Below, one piece after another: positions 28,917 to 38,861 of a stretch of 64,000 nt of DNA (position 1 is its first letter; each line of letters opens with the position of its first letter). Source of the DNA: an uncultured Candidatus Saccharibacteria bacterium. Its GTDB lineage: Bacteria; Patescibacteriota; Minisyncoccia; Phycocordibacterales; UBA2100. The stretch covers positions 104,703-168,702 of the forward strand of contig CAYSUJ010000001.1 of assembly GCA_964434285.1 (NCBI GenBank). Reading direction: 5' to 3'. The notes under the pieces were generated by a model. That model did no database searches. It was not told the DNA's origin and saw only the letters and a list, made by a program, of their open reading frames with translations. A program made the translations under genes and the position numbers.

Positions 28917-29960
28917 TTATTCTACCACTGCAGGGGTAGTCTGTTCGAAGGTCTTCAGGGTCGCATTCACCAGTGTTTTTACGTCCGTAAATCGTCCCTC
29001 TTGTGTTGAACCGAGCACGACGACGACAATCGGGTGACCCTCGGTGACATCGAAAGCAACCGCAAGATTTCCTCCGGCGAGATCGGTGAATCCGGTCTTG
29101 CTGACGAAGAGTCGTGGTATCTCAGTTAGTGCAATGTTCGTATTGAGGACTTCTCGTTTCGGCATATTTACCGGACCAAGCACGGCCTCTCCACGCGCAG
29201 TGCCTGCAAAAAGATCGCGCTTTGTGCGGAGGATGTAGGCAAACAACGTGCCGATGTCGCGCGCAGAGCCATACGCACCTGCTTGCGTGGTGCTTTCATC
29301 AAGACCAGTAGGATTGAGGAAAAAGGTCGAGTTCATTCCGAGCTCGCGCGTGAGTGTGTTCATGTGGCGCAGCGTCGCCTGACCACCTTCAGCGGAAGGA
29401 TATCGCTCTTTCAAGCGTGGCTCTGCCGCTTCACGAAGCGCCTCAGCAGCAACGTTGGATGACGTGATGAGCATGAAATCTATCAATTCGCGGACTCGCC
29501 AGGTTTCGCCGACGGTGAGGCCCCCTTCTCCCCTCTCAACGGCCTCGCGAGAAATGGTCACCATGTCGTCCATGGAGAGGGCGTCTGAGACCGCGAGCGC
29601 GAGCATGACTTTGGTGACGGATGCGAGCGGGAGCTGCGCGTCGGGGTCGCGTGTGTAAAGCGCTTTATCAGTAGATGCGTCGAAAACATACGCGCTTTTC
29701 GAACCAAGGGAGAGATTCGCAAAGTGGGATACATCGAGTGGGGCCTGAACCGCGGCCACCTGCGCAGGTGCGTCCGTTTTAAGGAGTGCGGGAAGGGTCG
29801 CCGAAATAAGGGCCATGCCGCCAAAGATACTGAGCCCGAGGAGCGTTGCCCCAAGAGCCACGCGCGGCAAAAGCATGCGCTCAGGTGGCGCAGCAAGAAG
29901 TGGTGTTGAGGTTTCTACCTCAAGCGGCAATGGCTGACTCTGGTTCTCCTGATCCGGCAT
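28917..29960 (-). CDS. D-alanyl-D-alanine carboxypeptidase (S11)
   Basis: SVTK, SSN, KTG motifs. Confidence 0.88.
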   Translation of the reverse strand: MPDQENQSQPLPLEVETSTPLLAAPPERMLLPRVALGATLLGLSIFGGMALISATLPALLKTDAPAQVAAVQAPLDVSHFANLSLGSKSAYVFDASTDKALYTRDPDAQLPLASVTKVMLALAVSDALSMDDMVTISREAVERGEGGLTVGETWRVRELIDFMLITSSNVAAEALREAAEPRLKERYPSAEGGQATLRHMNTLTRELGMNSTFFLNPTGLDESTTQAGAYGSARDIGTLFAYILRTKRDLFAGTARGEAVLGPVNMPKREVLNTNIALTEIPRLFVSKTGFTDLAGGNLAVAFDVTEGHPIVVVVLGSTQEGRFTDVKTLVNATLKTFEQTTPAVVE

Positions 29961-30492
29961 GGTGTTGCTGTTGCTTAAAGGCTTTCAGTTCGGCAGAGAT
30001 TATACCATATTCGGGCAGATTTTCGCGCGCCGTAACCCCCAAAAAAGCCATGAGTTCGGCAGTGGGGCGATAGATGAATTCACGGCCGTCTTCAGGGTTT
30101 CCGCTTCTCTCCACGAGGCCGCGGGAGAGCAGGCTGCGCAATGTGGAACTTGAATTAACGCCGCGGATGTAATCGATCTCTGCGCGCGTTGCAGGGCCTT
30201 CATACAAGAGGACGCCGATAATCTCGAGACCGGCCTCGCCAATGTTTCGCTCTTCTTCCTCTTTAAGCATGGCGAGGACAGGTTTTTGCGCATTCGGAGC
30301 GATGCCGAGCGAGGCTTCTGTATCAGAACGGACGAGCGTGAGTGCACCATGTGCAAGACGAGATTCGATGAATGGGAGCGCAGCCTTCACTTCGCCCTCA
30401 CTCTTTCCTGTCGCGCGTGCTAGGCGTGCAAACGTCATACTACCTCCTTCGGCGAAAAGTAACGCCTCTATTTCCCGAGAAAGTTCATCCAT
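29920..30492 (-). CDS. scpB: SMC-Scp complex subunit ScpB
   Basis: IEALLF, 'TRAEIDYIRGVNS'. Confidence 0.92.
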   Translation of the reverse strand: MDELSREIEALLFAEGGSMTFARLARATGKSEGEVKAALPFIESRLAHGALTLVRSDTEASLGIAPNAQKPVLAMLKEEEERNIGEAGLEIIGVLLYEGPATRAEIDYIRGVNSSSTLRSLLSRGLVERSGNPEDGREFIYRPTAELMAFLGVTARENLPEYGIISAELKAFKQQQHHAGSGEPESAIAA

Positions 30493-31228
30493 AGCGAGGA
30501 GCACCGGTGTCGTCGGATTCCACGATGATATCACCGAAAAGGCGGTCTTGGGTTACCGAAACAGAGCTGTGGCGCACGAGCTCAAGAATGGCAAGAAAGT
30601 GAACGATCATGTCTCCACGGGATGCTCCGCGGGAGAGTTCGCTCCAACGGGTGCGAGCGCTCTGAAGTCGAGTCTTGAGGTTTGTGATGACATCTTCGAG
30701 CGCAAGCACGGGTGCAACGACAGCTTCACTGAGTCGTGTTGTTGTTGGAAGTGTTGCCACAATGCGACCTACGGCTTTTGCAATGCGTTCGATAGACGAT
30801 TCGCCAGGAGCAAACGACGCTCGCGACACGCCGAGCGCTTTGGCGACGTCGGGGGCGCGTCGGTCCAGCACTATCGGTGCCCTCCCCCACTCTTTCCTGA
30901 GCAATTTTCCTGCTTTGCGGATAATAGCGAGGCGTTGCAGTCGACGCTCAAGTTCCTCAATGGAATGCTCTTCTTCGTCAGAGAGCTCGACGGTCGGCAA
31001 AAGCGCGCGGGATTTGATGAGAAGCAGGGTGGAGGCGACAAGAATAAACTGAGATGTTTCAGAAAGCGGAAGCTCTGGCAGACTTTCTACATACGCCAGA
31101 TAACCGTCACACACTTCTGCGAGTGACACATTGGACACAGCGAGCTTGCGCTTCTCGATGAGATCAAGAAGTGTGTCGAGAGGACCGGCGAAATGCTCGC
31201 TCTCGAAAGTAAAACCACTCTCGGTCAT
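30485..31228 (-). CDS. scpA: Segregation/condensation protein A
   Basis: FAGPLDTLLDLI, IKSRALLP, FLAILEL. Confidence 0.92.
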   Translation of the reverse strand: MTESGFTFESEHFAGPLDTLLDLIEKRKLAVSNVSLAEVCDGYLAYVESLPELPLSETSQFILVASTLLLIKSRALLPTVELSDEEEHSIEELERRLQRLAIIRKAGKLLRKEWGRAPIVLDRRAPDVAKALGVSRASFAPGESSIERIAKAVGRIVATLPTTTRLSEAVVAPVLALEDVITNLKTRLQSARTRWSELSRGASRGDMIVHFLAILELVRHSSVSVTQDRLFGDIIVESDDTGAPRYG

Positions 31229-32553
31229 TCCGACAGTCTACCATCAATGCGCGTCATATCGCGCGGGAATGCTGTCGATTCTTTGATGTTCGCGAGCTCA
31301 AGCATGCGCCCCGTGAAGCGCTCAAGTCCGGTCGAGCAGCCGCCGTGCGGCGGGATGCCATATTTGAATGTCTGGAGGTAGTACGAGAATTTTTCCGGAT
31401 CCATACCACGCTCCTTTATGCGCGCGATGAGTGAATCGTAGTCATGAATACGCTGTGCTCCGCTGTTTATCTCCAAGCCACGGAAAAGGAGGTCAAAACC
31501 ACGTGAGAGCGGTGCCTCTGAAGGTTCTTCATAGGTGTAAAATGCGCGTTTCGCTGTAGGAAAACGGGTGATGAATACGAAATCGGAACCGAACTGTTTC
31601 TTTGCATATTCGCAGATCTGCCGCTCGTCTTCAGGAGACATATCGTTCCTATCTTCAATCGTACGGTTGAATTCTTTCGCGACGATGTCTTGCGCCTCTT
31701 GAAGTGTAAAAATTGGAAATTCTGCCGGTGCGAGCGGGACGCTTGTAGCGAACGCCGTAAAGATATCTGCATGTCTCTCCCCTACCGCCTTCACGACATC
31801 TTGAATGGTTGTCTGAAGTTCTTTCATCACCTCTCGCTCATCTCGTATGAACCCCATCTCGAAGTCCATCTGTGTTATTTCTGAAATATGGCGAGTGGTA
31901 GCACTTTTCTCTGCACGAAATACTTTCGCAATGGTAAACGCTCGCTCAAACGCACCCGTCATTATCTGTTTATAGAATTGGGGTGAAGTCGCAAGATATG
32001 CGGTTTGTTCTTTGAAATATTCGAGCTTAAATACCGCGGCACCGCCTTCGGCGTCGCCACCGACGATAGCCGGAGCGATGAACTCGGTGAATCCGCGACG
32101 TTTCAAAGAATTGCGGTATTCATCGAGTATGGCCGACTGCATCATGAATATCTGACGAGTGCGTTCGCTCTTGAGGGTGAGGGGCAGGTTGTCGAGATGT
32201 GTGTCGAGATTGAGCTCAACACCAAGCTCAAACGGGAGCGTGTGCGCCGCGTTGAGTATTTCAATAGTCTCGATCTGCAACTCAATGTCGCCGTTTTGTT
32301 TGCTAGCAACGACGTTCTTTTCGGGGCGTGCGTTCACGATACCAGTCAAAGCAACAGCACTTTCTACGTTCGTCTCTTTCGCGATCCCGATAGCTTCCGA
32401 CTTTGGAAGCACAACCCCTTGGATGGTTCCTGAACGGTCACGAATATCAAAAAAGACCATCTTCCCCTGGTCACGGCGCACCGATACCCAGCCGTTCACA
32501 AGCACGGTTTCCCGCGTTTTAGCCTTAAGTTCTCCGATGAGCGTTCGTTCCAT
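31225..32553 (-). CDS. aspS: Aspartate--tRNA(Asp/Asn) ligase, short archaeal-like type
   Basis: OB fold, SPQFYKQ, FRAE, GAQRIH, PPHGG; 442 aa. Confidence 0.9.
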   Translation of the reverse strand: MERTLIGELKAKTRETVLVNGWVSVRRDQGKMVFFDIRDRSGTIQGVVLPKSEAIGIAKETNVESAVALTGIVNARPEKNVVASKQNGDIELQIETIEILNAAHTLPFELGVELNLDTHLDNLPLTLKSERTRQIFMMQSAILDEYRNSLKRRGFTEFIAPAIVGGDAEGGAAVFKLEYFKEQTAYLATSPQFYKQIMTGAFERAFTIAKVFRAEKSATTRHISEITQMDFEMGFIRDEREVMKELQTTIQDVVKAVGERHADIFTAFATSVPLAPAEFPIFTLQEAQDIVAKEFNRTIEDRNDMSPEDERQICEYAKKQFGSDFVFITRFPTAKRAFYTYEEPSEAPLSRGFDLLFRGLEINSGAQRIHDYDSLIARIKERGMDPEKFSYYLQTFKYGIPPHGGCSTGLERFTGRMLELANIKESTAFPRDMTRIDGRLSE

Positions 32554-32555
32554 AC

Positions 32556-33548
32556 TTAGAGTGAGACCCCTACCCTAGCACGAACCTCCTTCATTTTGGA
32601 AGCAGCTCTTTCGCGTGCTTTTGCCGAGCCCTCATCGAGTACCTTTTTCACCTCGGCGTCCGTAATGGCATTGCGCTTCTCACGCATGGGCGCGATGAGT
32701 GATTCCAAATCTTCCACGAGTGTATCCTTGAGTGCCTTATACTTGCCCTTCTGGGCTTCGTAGAGCGGCGCGAGTTCCGCTTCGCTCTTAAGAAGCTTGT
32801 GAATGGCATACACGTGTTCGGGTTTATCCCCCGAGGAATCTGTGACAATGCTCATAACTGCCTTTGAGATTTCGTCCTTCGAGCCGAAGAGCGGGATGGT
32901 ATTGCCGTAGCTTTTCGACATCTTTTTGCCGTCGGTTCCCGGCACAATTGCCACTGATTTCTGAATGCGCTCTTTTGGCTCTTTCAGAGTCTCGCCATAT
33001 GCCTTGTTAAACTTCGCCGCCGCTTCGCGTGCGTATTCGAGGTGTTGACGCTGGTCTTCACCCACCGGCACAACATCGGTGTCGTAGAGCAAAATATCTG
33101 CCGCCATAAGCATGGGGTAATTGAAAAGCCCTGCAGTTGCCTCTATTCCCTTCGCCACCTTGTCTTTGTAGGCATGGCCCAGCTCGAGGAATGAGACCGA
33201 AACGAGACACTCGAGAATCCAAGCGAGCTCGGTATGCTCCTGCACTTGCGACTGCTGGAAGATGATTGCTTTGGAGGGGTCGACGCCAATAGCGAGGTAG
33301 TCGCGCACGACATTCTTGATGTTCTCGCGAAGCTCGTCGCCATTTCGAAGCGAAGTGAGCGCGTGGTAATCGACAACCATCAAGTAGCTCTCATAGTCGG
33401 CATACATTTCAGCAAACGGCTTCAGTGCACCGAAGTAGTTTCCGATATGTAGCGCGCCAGATGGCTGGAGACCTGTCAACAATCGCTGCACCCCGTTAGA
33501 AATAGGGCGCGGACTTTCGGATGTATCTTGAACATCGTTTGCGCTCAT
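32556..33548 (-). CDS. trpS: Tryptophan--tRNA ligase (true start probably GTG at 33491)
   Basis: TGLQPSGALHIGNY, YPMLMAADILLY, KMSKS. Confidence 0.96.
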   Translation of the reverse strand: MSANDVQDTSESPRPISNGVQRLLTGLQPSGALHIGNYFGALKPFAEMYADYESYLMVVDYHALTSLRNGDELRENIKNVVRDYLAIGVDPSKAIIFQQSQVQEHTELAWILECLVSVSFLELGHAYKDKVAKGIEATAGLFNYPMLMAADILLYDTDVVPVGEDQRQHLEYAREAAAKFNKAYGETLKEPKERIQKSVAIVPGTDGKKMSKSYGNTIPLFGSKDEISKAVMSIVTDSSGDKPEHVYAIHKLLKSEAELAPLYEAQKGKYKALKDTLVEDLESLIAPMREKRNAITDAEVKKVLDEGSAKARERAASKMKEVRARVGVSL

Positions 33549-33604
33549 ACGTTGTTTGTGTTGGAAAGCAAAAATGTGTTATGCGTCCGTTATTTCTAAC
33601 GGGG
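33491..33604. mobile_element. 114-bp MITE-like element on the trpS start codon
   Basis: TIR CCCCGTTAGAAATA / TATTTCTAACGGGG; TGCA on both flanks (33487-33490, 33605-33608). Confidence 0.8.
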
Positions 33605-33643
33605 TGCATAAGCGCGATTGTAGCAGAAAAAACGGCTTGATGC

Positions 33644-34381
33644 CTAGGCATTGAGTGCCTGCGGGTGTTGTGCAGACCATGCTGCGAGTGCAACGCCGGC
33701 GGAAACGGATGCGTTTAAAGATTCTGCTCGTGGGTGCATGGAGATACGAAGCAAGATGTCACAGTGTTCACGAGTTTTTACGCGGAGTCCCTCCCCTTCG
33801 CTTCCAATTACAAATACGGCGGGTGTATCAAACTTCTCTTTCGAAAGTTCGTGATCCCCTTCGGCCGCGAGGCCGTACGACCAGAAATGTCGCTTCTTTA
33901 GATCGAGGATGGTTTGGTTTTCATTCCCAATAGCGACGAGTGGCACACTGAATACGGTGCCGGCCGACGCTTTTGCAACGACGCCGGTGACGCCAGCTTG
34001 ATTAAAGGTGGGAATGAGAACCCCGCTTGCACCGAAAGCCGCCGCAGAACGAATGATTGCGCCGACATTGTAGGGGTCCGTTATTTCGTTCAGAAGCACG
34101 AGTGCAGTATCCGGTGACGGCTCGAGCGAATCCATAAAAGCGACGTAGTCAACGAGGAGCTTGTCGAGAGACACTTTCGCGACAACACCTTGATGTACGA
34201 CTCCCTGCAGATCGCGCATGAATTGGTTCTTGGGCAGTTGTTCGGCGTGGACCCCTTTCTGTGTGGCAATCGGGCGGAACTGAGCCTCCGCTGACTGAGC
34301 CAGGTAGAGCGTATCAATACGTTCAGGAGCCCTTTCTAGAAGAGCCTCCACCGCATGAGTGCCATAAATATAATCGCGCAT
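33644..34381 (-). CDS. rlmB: 23S rRNA 2'-O-methyltransferase RlmB (SPOUT)
   Basis: HQGV, DPYNVGAIIRSA, GSEGEG, SLNASV. Confidence 0.9.
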   Translation of the reverse strand: MRDYIYGTHAVEALLERAPERIDTLYLAQSAEAQFRPIATQKGVHAEQLPKNQFMRDLQGVVHQGVVAKVSLDKLLVDYVAFMDSLEPSPDTALVLLNEITDPYNVGAIIRSAAAFGASGVLIPTFNQAGVTGVVAKASAGTVFSVPLVAIGNENQTILDLKKRHFWSYGLAAEGDHELSKEKFDTPAVFVIGSEGEGLRVKTREHCDILLRISMHPRAESLNASVSAGVALAAWSAQHPQALNA

Positions 34382-34392
34382 GCCGCAGTATA

Positions 34393-34425
34393 CCCCCACA
34401 CCTTTCTGAAAAGAATGGTGGGGGG
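34393..34425. mobile_element. 33-bp palindromic mini-element in the rlmB promoter
   Basis: CCCCCACACC-tttctgaaaagaat-GGTGGGGGG flanked by TATA on both sides. Confidence 0.55.
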
Positions 34426-34446
34426 TATACGTAGGATTGGGAGACT

Positions 34447-36054
34447 TCAAAGCGGAAGCTCCACGACGAATTCAGAACCTTCACCTTGCCCCTTTGACTG
34501 TGCCCGAATAGTGCCCTGATGCGCCTCGGCGATCTGCTTGGCAATAAAAAGCCCATACCCTGTTGAATCAATATTCACTTTCGTCGATTCCTTACCGTGG
34601 CCGCCTTCCGTGAAGAGGCGTTGCATGTCTTCTTTGGTGATGCCGACGCCCGTGTCTTTCACCGAGAAACGTAGATGGTTGTCGGAGCGCGAAAGCGCGA
34701 CACGAATCTCGCCGTTTGGTGTGTAGTGAAGCGCGTTGTCTATCAGATTACGAACCACGTGGCGGCGAAGCTTCGCTTCGTCGCCCTCCATCATGTATGA
34801 ACCTGAGGCTGCCGAGAAAGAGAGGGCTATTTTTTTTGCCTCGGCTGCGGGAGTGAGGTCTTGCACCACCTGCTCCACCGACTTCCTGAAATCAAACGGT
34901 GCTTTCGTATAACTCACGGTACCCTTCCGCAGATTCGAAGCGTCGAGGATATCAGCGACCATGTCGACTCCTTTTCGAGCATCAATCACTGCATTATTTG
35001 CCATATGCTGCAATTCTGGCGTGATAGCACCATAATCACCTTGCGCAATCCCAGCGAACGCCGCCTGCCCCTTGGTGAGATATCCCTTCACTTCATGACT
35101 GATGAAGCGAAGGAGTCCTTCCTGCTGTTTGTTGATGTTTTCAAGGGCTTCTTCTTGGACTTCGATCTGTACACGCATCCGCATTTCTCTTTGAGAATTC
35201 GAATATAGAAGACCTCCGAGCGCCAGGACAACTCCAAAACTCATTGCTGCAAGGAAAAATTCTGTCAAATCGCCTACAAAAAAGAATTGTGTTCCGGCTA
35301 GAATTAAGAAAATGTAAAACAACAGCCGCGCTCTTGCATTTCCAATTTTGATCACATCATAGCTTGATATTGCAACAGTCAGGAAAAGCACGAAGACAGG
35401 AAGCGTAAAGAGGGAGTAAAGAGTCACTTCAAAAACCCCGGTCAGAGTCGAGTATCTCTCAGCTCCAGCAAATACGGCCATAAACATTAGAACAACTGTT
35501 GTTATGAGCACTAATCGCTTCGTCTCAGGTGAAGACAGGCCAGTCCGGAGGTATCTTTTGATTGCTAGGGCCAAAATGGCAACGCCAACCATCAGTTCTA
35601 TTGCAAGCTTGTATAGAGCAAGAAACTCATTACCTACCATCTCACATTGCGCGAGATCCATTTGATACACCGCATTACCCGTTATCGTCAAAGCAAAGGG
35701 CACGACGAGCGCTACAAGTGCAAAATAACTATAGATGCGTGGCATGATATTTGGATACGCCACACTCATGACGAATAGTCCGGCGAGTAGAATAAAGACG
35801 ATGTTTACCAGGTCAAGTGGCGCCCACGTTGCGGCGACGAGGCGGTGGTCGTGCGAGGTCCAGTTTGCTAGATCAAGGAGTAGCCAGAGTGAAAATGTTA
35901 CGGTAAATGCGAAAAAAGCACGTGTTTTAGTTTGACGATCCCCCATAAAAAAAGCGAAAACACCTAAAATGAGGACGGCGAGTGCAGGGATAAGATGTGC
36001 GTAAAGCGCGAGGGTTGCAAGAGGGATATTTCCGAGGCAAGCATTAATTTCCAT
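34447..36054 (-). CDS. Multi-TM (7TM-type) sensor histidine kinase
   Basis: H-box 'FISHEVKG', N-box 'NLIDNA', 'DTGVG', 'GYGLF'. Confidence 0.9.
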   Translation of the reverse strand: MEINACLGNIPLATLALYAHLIPALAVLILGVFAFFMGDRQTKTRAFFAFTVTFSLWLLLDLANWTSHDHRLVAATWAPLDLVNIVFILLAGLFVMSVAYPNIMPRIYSYFALVALVVPFALTITGNAVYQMDLAQCEMVGNEFLALYKLAIELMVGVAILALAIKRYLRTGLSSPETKRLVLITTVVLMFMAVFAGAERYSTLTGVFEVTLYSLFTLPVFVLFLTVAISSYDVIKIGNARARLLFYIFLILAGTQFFFVGDLTEFFLAAMSFGVVLALGGLLYSNSQREMRMRVQIEVQEEALENINKQQEGLLRFISHEVKGYLTKGQAAFAGIAQGDYGAITPELQHMANNAVIDARKGVDMVADILDASNLRKGTVSYTKAPFDFRKSVEQVVQDLTPAAEAKKIALSFSAASGSYMMEGDEAKLRRHVVRNLIDNALHYTPNGEIRVALSRSDNHLRFSVKDTGVGITKEDMQRLFTEGGHGKESTKVNIDSTGYGLFIAKQIAEAHQGTIRAQSKGQGEGSEFVVELPL

Positions 36055-36388
36055 ACGTTGTGCAGGTATATGTGTCCTGAGATTGACACGAAATTTCTAC
36101 GCAGGCGAAAGAATCTGGACAATAGTGGTTGCAACTGTCACCCGTACACTGAAAGGCGTATGCGGGCACTTCATAGGCCGTGAAGAAGGATTGCTCATCT
36201 GAATCACAATCATCACATTCTTGAAAACAGACGCGTATATCAGGATCACACGACGCTCGAACGATTACTGGATAGTTCCCCATAAAGTAATACTTTGCGA
36301 AGGCCGCAATCAGCGCGCATCCCACACAAAATAGTAAGGCTAGTTGCGTAATCGTGGCGAGACTCGAACTCGTGCCACTAAAATTCAT
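36044..36388 (-). CDS. Small Cys-rich membrane-anchored protein
   Basis: TM helix then CDP...C...CDDC...C...C...C...C...C...C. Confidence 0.65.
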   Translation of the reverse strand: MNFSGTSSSLATITQLALLFCVGCALIAAFAKYYFMGNYPVIVRASCDPDIRVCFQECDDCDSDEQSFFTAYEVPAYAFQCTGDSCNHYCPDSFACVEISCQSQDTYTCTTYGN

Positions 36389-37215
36389 GCGCTTAGTATA
36401 TCAGCTCCCTGGGGGTGTCGTACTGTGTCTATCGTATGGGACGGGATTGCCTCAAGAATTGAGCTGGGGTAGCTATTCCAAAAGACTTCGCTCTCGCCAT
36501 TTTCGGGTACAAGGCGGGCGATCAGAGGTTTCTCGCCAAAAACTTCTGTCACAAATTTGTAAGCTGGTCGAACCACATCCTCATAAAATGAAATCTCTTC
36601 ATGATTCTTCATTGAATAATCCTCAAAATAGACCCCGTGCACTAGAAAGAGCGCCAGGAAGCGCTTATAGAGTGCCAGTGGATCTCTCCGCCCATTTCGA
36701 TTAATCCACTCAGCATCGTCATATAGGGAAACGCTTCGCCGCACCGTGCTCTCTAGAATTCTGTGGTGAAAAGAGACGAGAGACTCGCCCCAATACGTTT
36801 GCATATCTCCAAATGAGCGTCCTTGCATCGTATTTATATCGACAATGCTTTTATATTCATACTGCTCGTGAAGTGTGCCTGCCTTATTCGTTATCCTTTT
36901 ATGGATGGGTAGTTTGCATAATGCCTTTTTTACGACGTTCTGTGGAATGAATATGTCCTGTAGGTCTTCCGTCAACACAACGGGGAGACTAAGGGGTTCT
37001 GAAAGGCTTACAAATCGCAGCGTCTCAAAATTTGCCGATACTATGTACCTCGTAGCGCACATAAACAAACCTTGCCGCGCATACGTAGGTATATCGTTGC
37101 CTAAATACTCTTCAACCCTCCTCCTCAAGTCGTGATTATGAGCTCGTTTTCTAAGCTGCTCGACGGCTTGGAGGGGTGCGAGAACAATATCAGTTGTTGT
37201 GTTCATTGGAGTCAC
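36385..37215 (-). CDS. Hypothetical cytoplasmic protein (276 aa)
   Basis: Long ORF overlapping the next gene by 4 nt; no motif confidently recognised. Confidence 0.7.
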   Translation of the reverse strand: MTPMNTTTDIVLAPLQAVEQLRKRAHNHDLRRRVEEYLGNDIPTYARQGLFMCATRYIVSANFETLRFVSLSEPLSLPVVLTEDLQDIFIPQNVVKKALCKLPIHKRITNKAGTLHEQYEYKSIVDINTMQGRSFGDMQTYWGESLVSFHHRILESTVRRSVSLYDDAEWINRNGRRDPLALYKRFLALFLVHGVYFEDYSMKNHEEISFYEDVVRPAYKFVTEVFGEKPLIARLVPENGESEVFWNSYPSSILEAIPSHTIDTVRHPQGADILSA

Positions 37216-37233
37216 ACATTTTTTCGTGTCAAA

Positions 37234-37725
37234 CTATCCCCGAGCGAACGCGAGGCCGAGGAATGCGCCAAGTAGCCAGAAGAGACGGTAAGGTTCTGCA
37301 AAAAGGCCTGTAAACGGCTCTCCGAGCGACCATAGCGCATTGAGGGAGGGAGTGTGTACCCACGTCAAAATAAGGACCGAGGAAACGGCCGTTGCGGCAA
37401 GAAGAGACTGGATAGGTTCTCCTCTTCCGCTCTCGAAATGTTCGAGTCCCATGCGTCGCATGAGCATGTAAATAATCACGAATAGCGCCACGAATAGGAC
37501 AATTGGACCACGACCCTGCGCGATAAATGCCTGATCCTTAATGAATGCCGTTATTGGGATGAGGGTAGAGAGAAATGCTGCAAATGGGAGCGCGACCGCA
37601 AGAGCGGTCGCGCGAGCGGTGCCGCTTCGGAGAGAGTCGAGGACAATGATTACGAAAAATCCGCCAAGGATAAACCAATGTATTGGAAATGAATTTAACA
37701 GACCCTGTGCGGCAGAAAAATCCAT
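37234..37725 (-). CDS. Hypothetical multi-pass membrane protein
   Basis: Hydrophobic ORF from MDFSAA with TATACT 6 nt upstream. Confidence 0.7.
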   Translation of the reverse strand: MDFSAAQGLLNSFPIHWFILGGFFVIIVLDSLRSGTARATALAVALPFAAFLSTLIPITAFIKDQAFIAQGRGPIVLFVALFVIIYMLMRRMGLEHFESGRGEPIQSLLAATAVSSVLILTWVHTPSLNALWSLGEPFTGLFAEPYRLFWLLGAFLGLAFARG

Positions 37726-37744
37726 CGCCCAAGTATACACCGCT

Positions 37745-38812
37745 CTAGAGACCTTCTTTTTGCAGGGTTTCAATTGCTGCTTTAGCAGCACGCGAGAGCT
37801 TCTTCGGAAATTCAATGTCAACGCGCACTAATAGATCGCCTCGATTTCCTCTACCATACGGCACGCCCTTGCCGCGCAAGCGGATGAGTTCACCATGAGT
37901 GACACCGGCGGGAATATCGATTTTGGTATCTCCCTCCAATGTGTTGAGGTTGTGCTCACCTCCGAGCAATGCCTCAGTTAGCTTAACCGAAAGTGCTGTT
38001 ACCAGATTGTTGCCCTCGCGCGCGAATAAGCGGTCTGGTTTTACGTGTACTTTCACATAAAGATCACCCGCAGGAGCGCCTGTCGCAGCTTCACCGCGTC
38101 CCGGCATCCGAATCATTTCGCCGTTTTCCATGCCCGCGGGTATAACCACGTGCACTTCTTCTTGCCGCTTAAGAACTCCTTCACCGCGACATACACTACA
38201 GTGTTCCTTGGGTACGTCCCCTCTTCCTTTGCAGGTCGGACAAGTGCGCGTTGAGGTGAAGGTGCCGAAGAATGTGCTCCGGGCCTCCTTCATGCTTCCC
38301 TTCCCCGCACACGCGCCACACTGCGTCATGCCTGCACCTTTCTTCGCGCCCGTACCTTCGCAGGTTTCGCATGCGCCGAGCTTCGTGATGAGCACCCGAC
38401 GCTCTGAACCGAATATTGCATCCTTGAAGGGGAGTTCGACGTCTATAGAAATGTCACGCCCTCTACGAGCGCGAGACTGGCCCCCGTTGAACACATCGCC
38501 AAAAATATCGCCAAGGTCAAATTCGAACGCCTGACCATTCTGAAAACCTTGAAAACCAGAAAAATCAAAGCCACCGAAGCCTTGCCCGAATGGGTTACCA
38601 CCGCCTGCTTGATACTGGCCAAATTGATCGTATTGCGCGCGCTTCTGTTTGTCGGAGAGCACCGCATACGCCTCGCTCACCTCCTTAAACTTCGCCTCGT
38701 CTCCCCCCTTCTTGTCGGGATGATACTTGTGCGCAAGAGAGCGGAACGCTTTCTTTATTTCGTCTTCACTTGCACTTTTTGCAACGCCGAGAATGGAATA
38801 GTAATCCTTCAT
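37745..38812 (-). CDS. dnaJ: Chaperone DnaJ
   Basis: HPD motif, G/F region, four CxxCxGxG repeats. Confidence 0.97.
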   Translation of the reverse strand: MKDYYSILGVAKSASEDEIKKAFRSLAHKYHPDKKGGDEAKFKEVSEAYAVLSDKQKRAQYDQFGQYQAGGGNPFGQGFGGFDFSGFQGFQNGQAFEFDLGDIFGDVFNGGQSRARRGRDISIDVELPFKDAIFGSERRVLITKLGACETCEGTGAKKGAGMTQCGACAGKGSMKEARSTFFGTFTSTRTCPTCKGRGDVPKEHCSVCRGEGVLKRQEEVHVVIPAGMENGEMIRMPGRGEAATGAPAGDLYVKVHVKPDRLFAREGNNLVTALSVKLTEALLGGEHNLNTLEGDTKIDIPAGVTHGELIRLRGKGVPYGRGNRGDLLVRVDIEFPKKLSRAAKAAIETLQKEGL

Positions 38813-38861
38813 GAGAGGTCATTATAGTCACCCGCACGTGCAGAGCAAGCCTGCGTGAACC

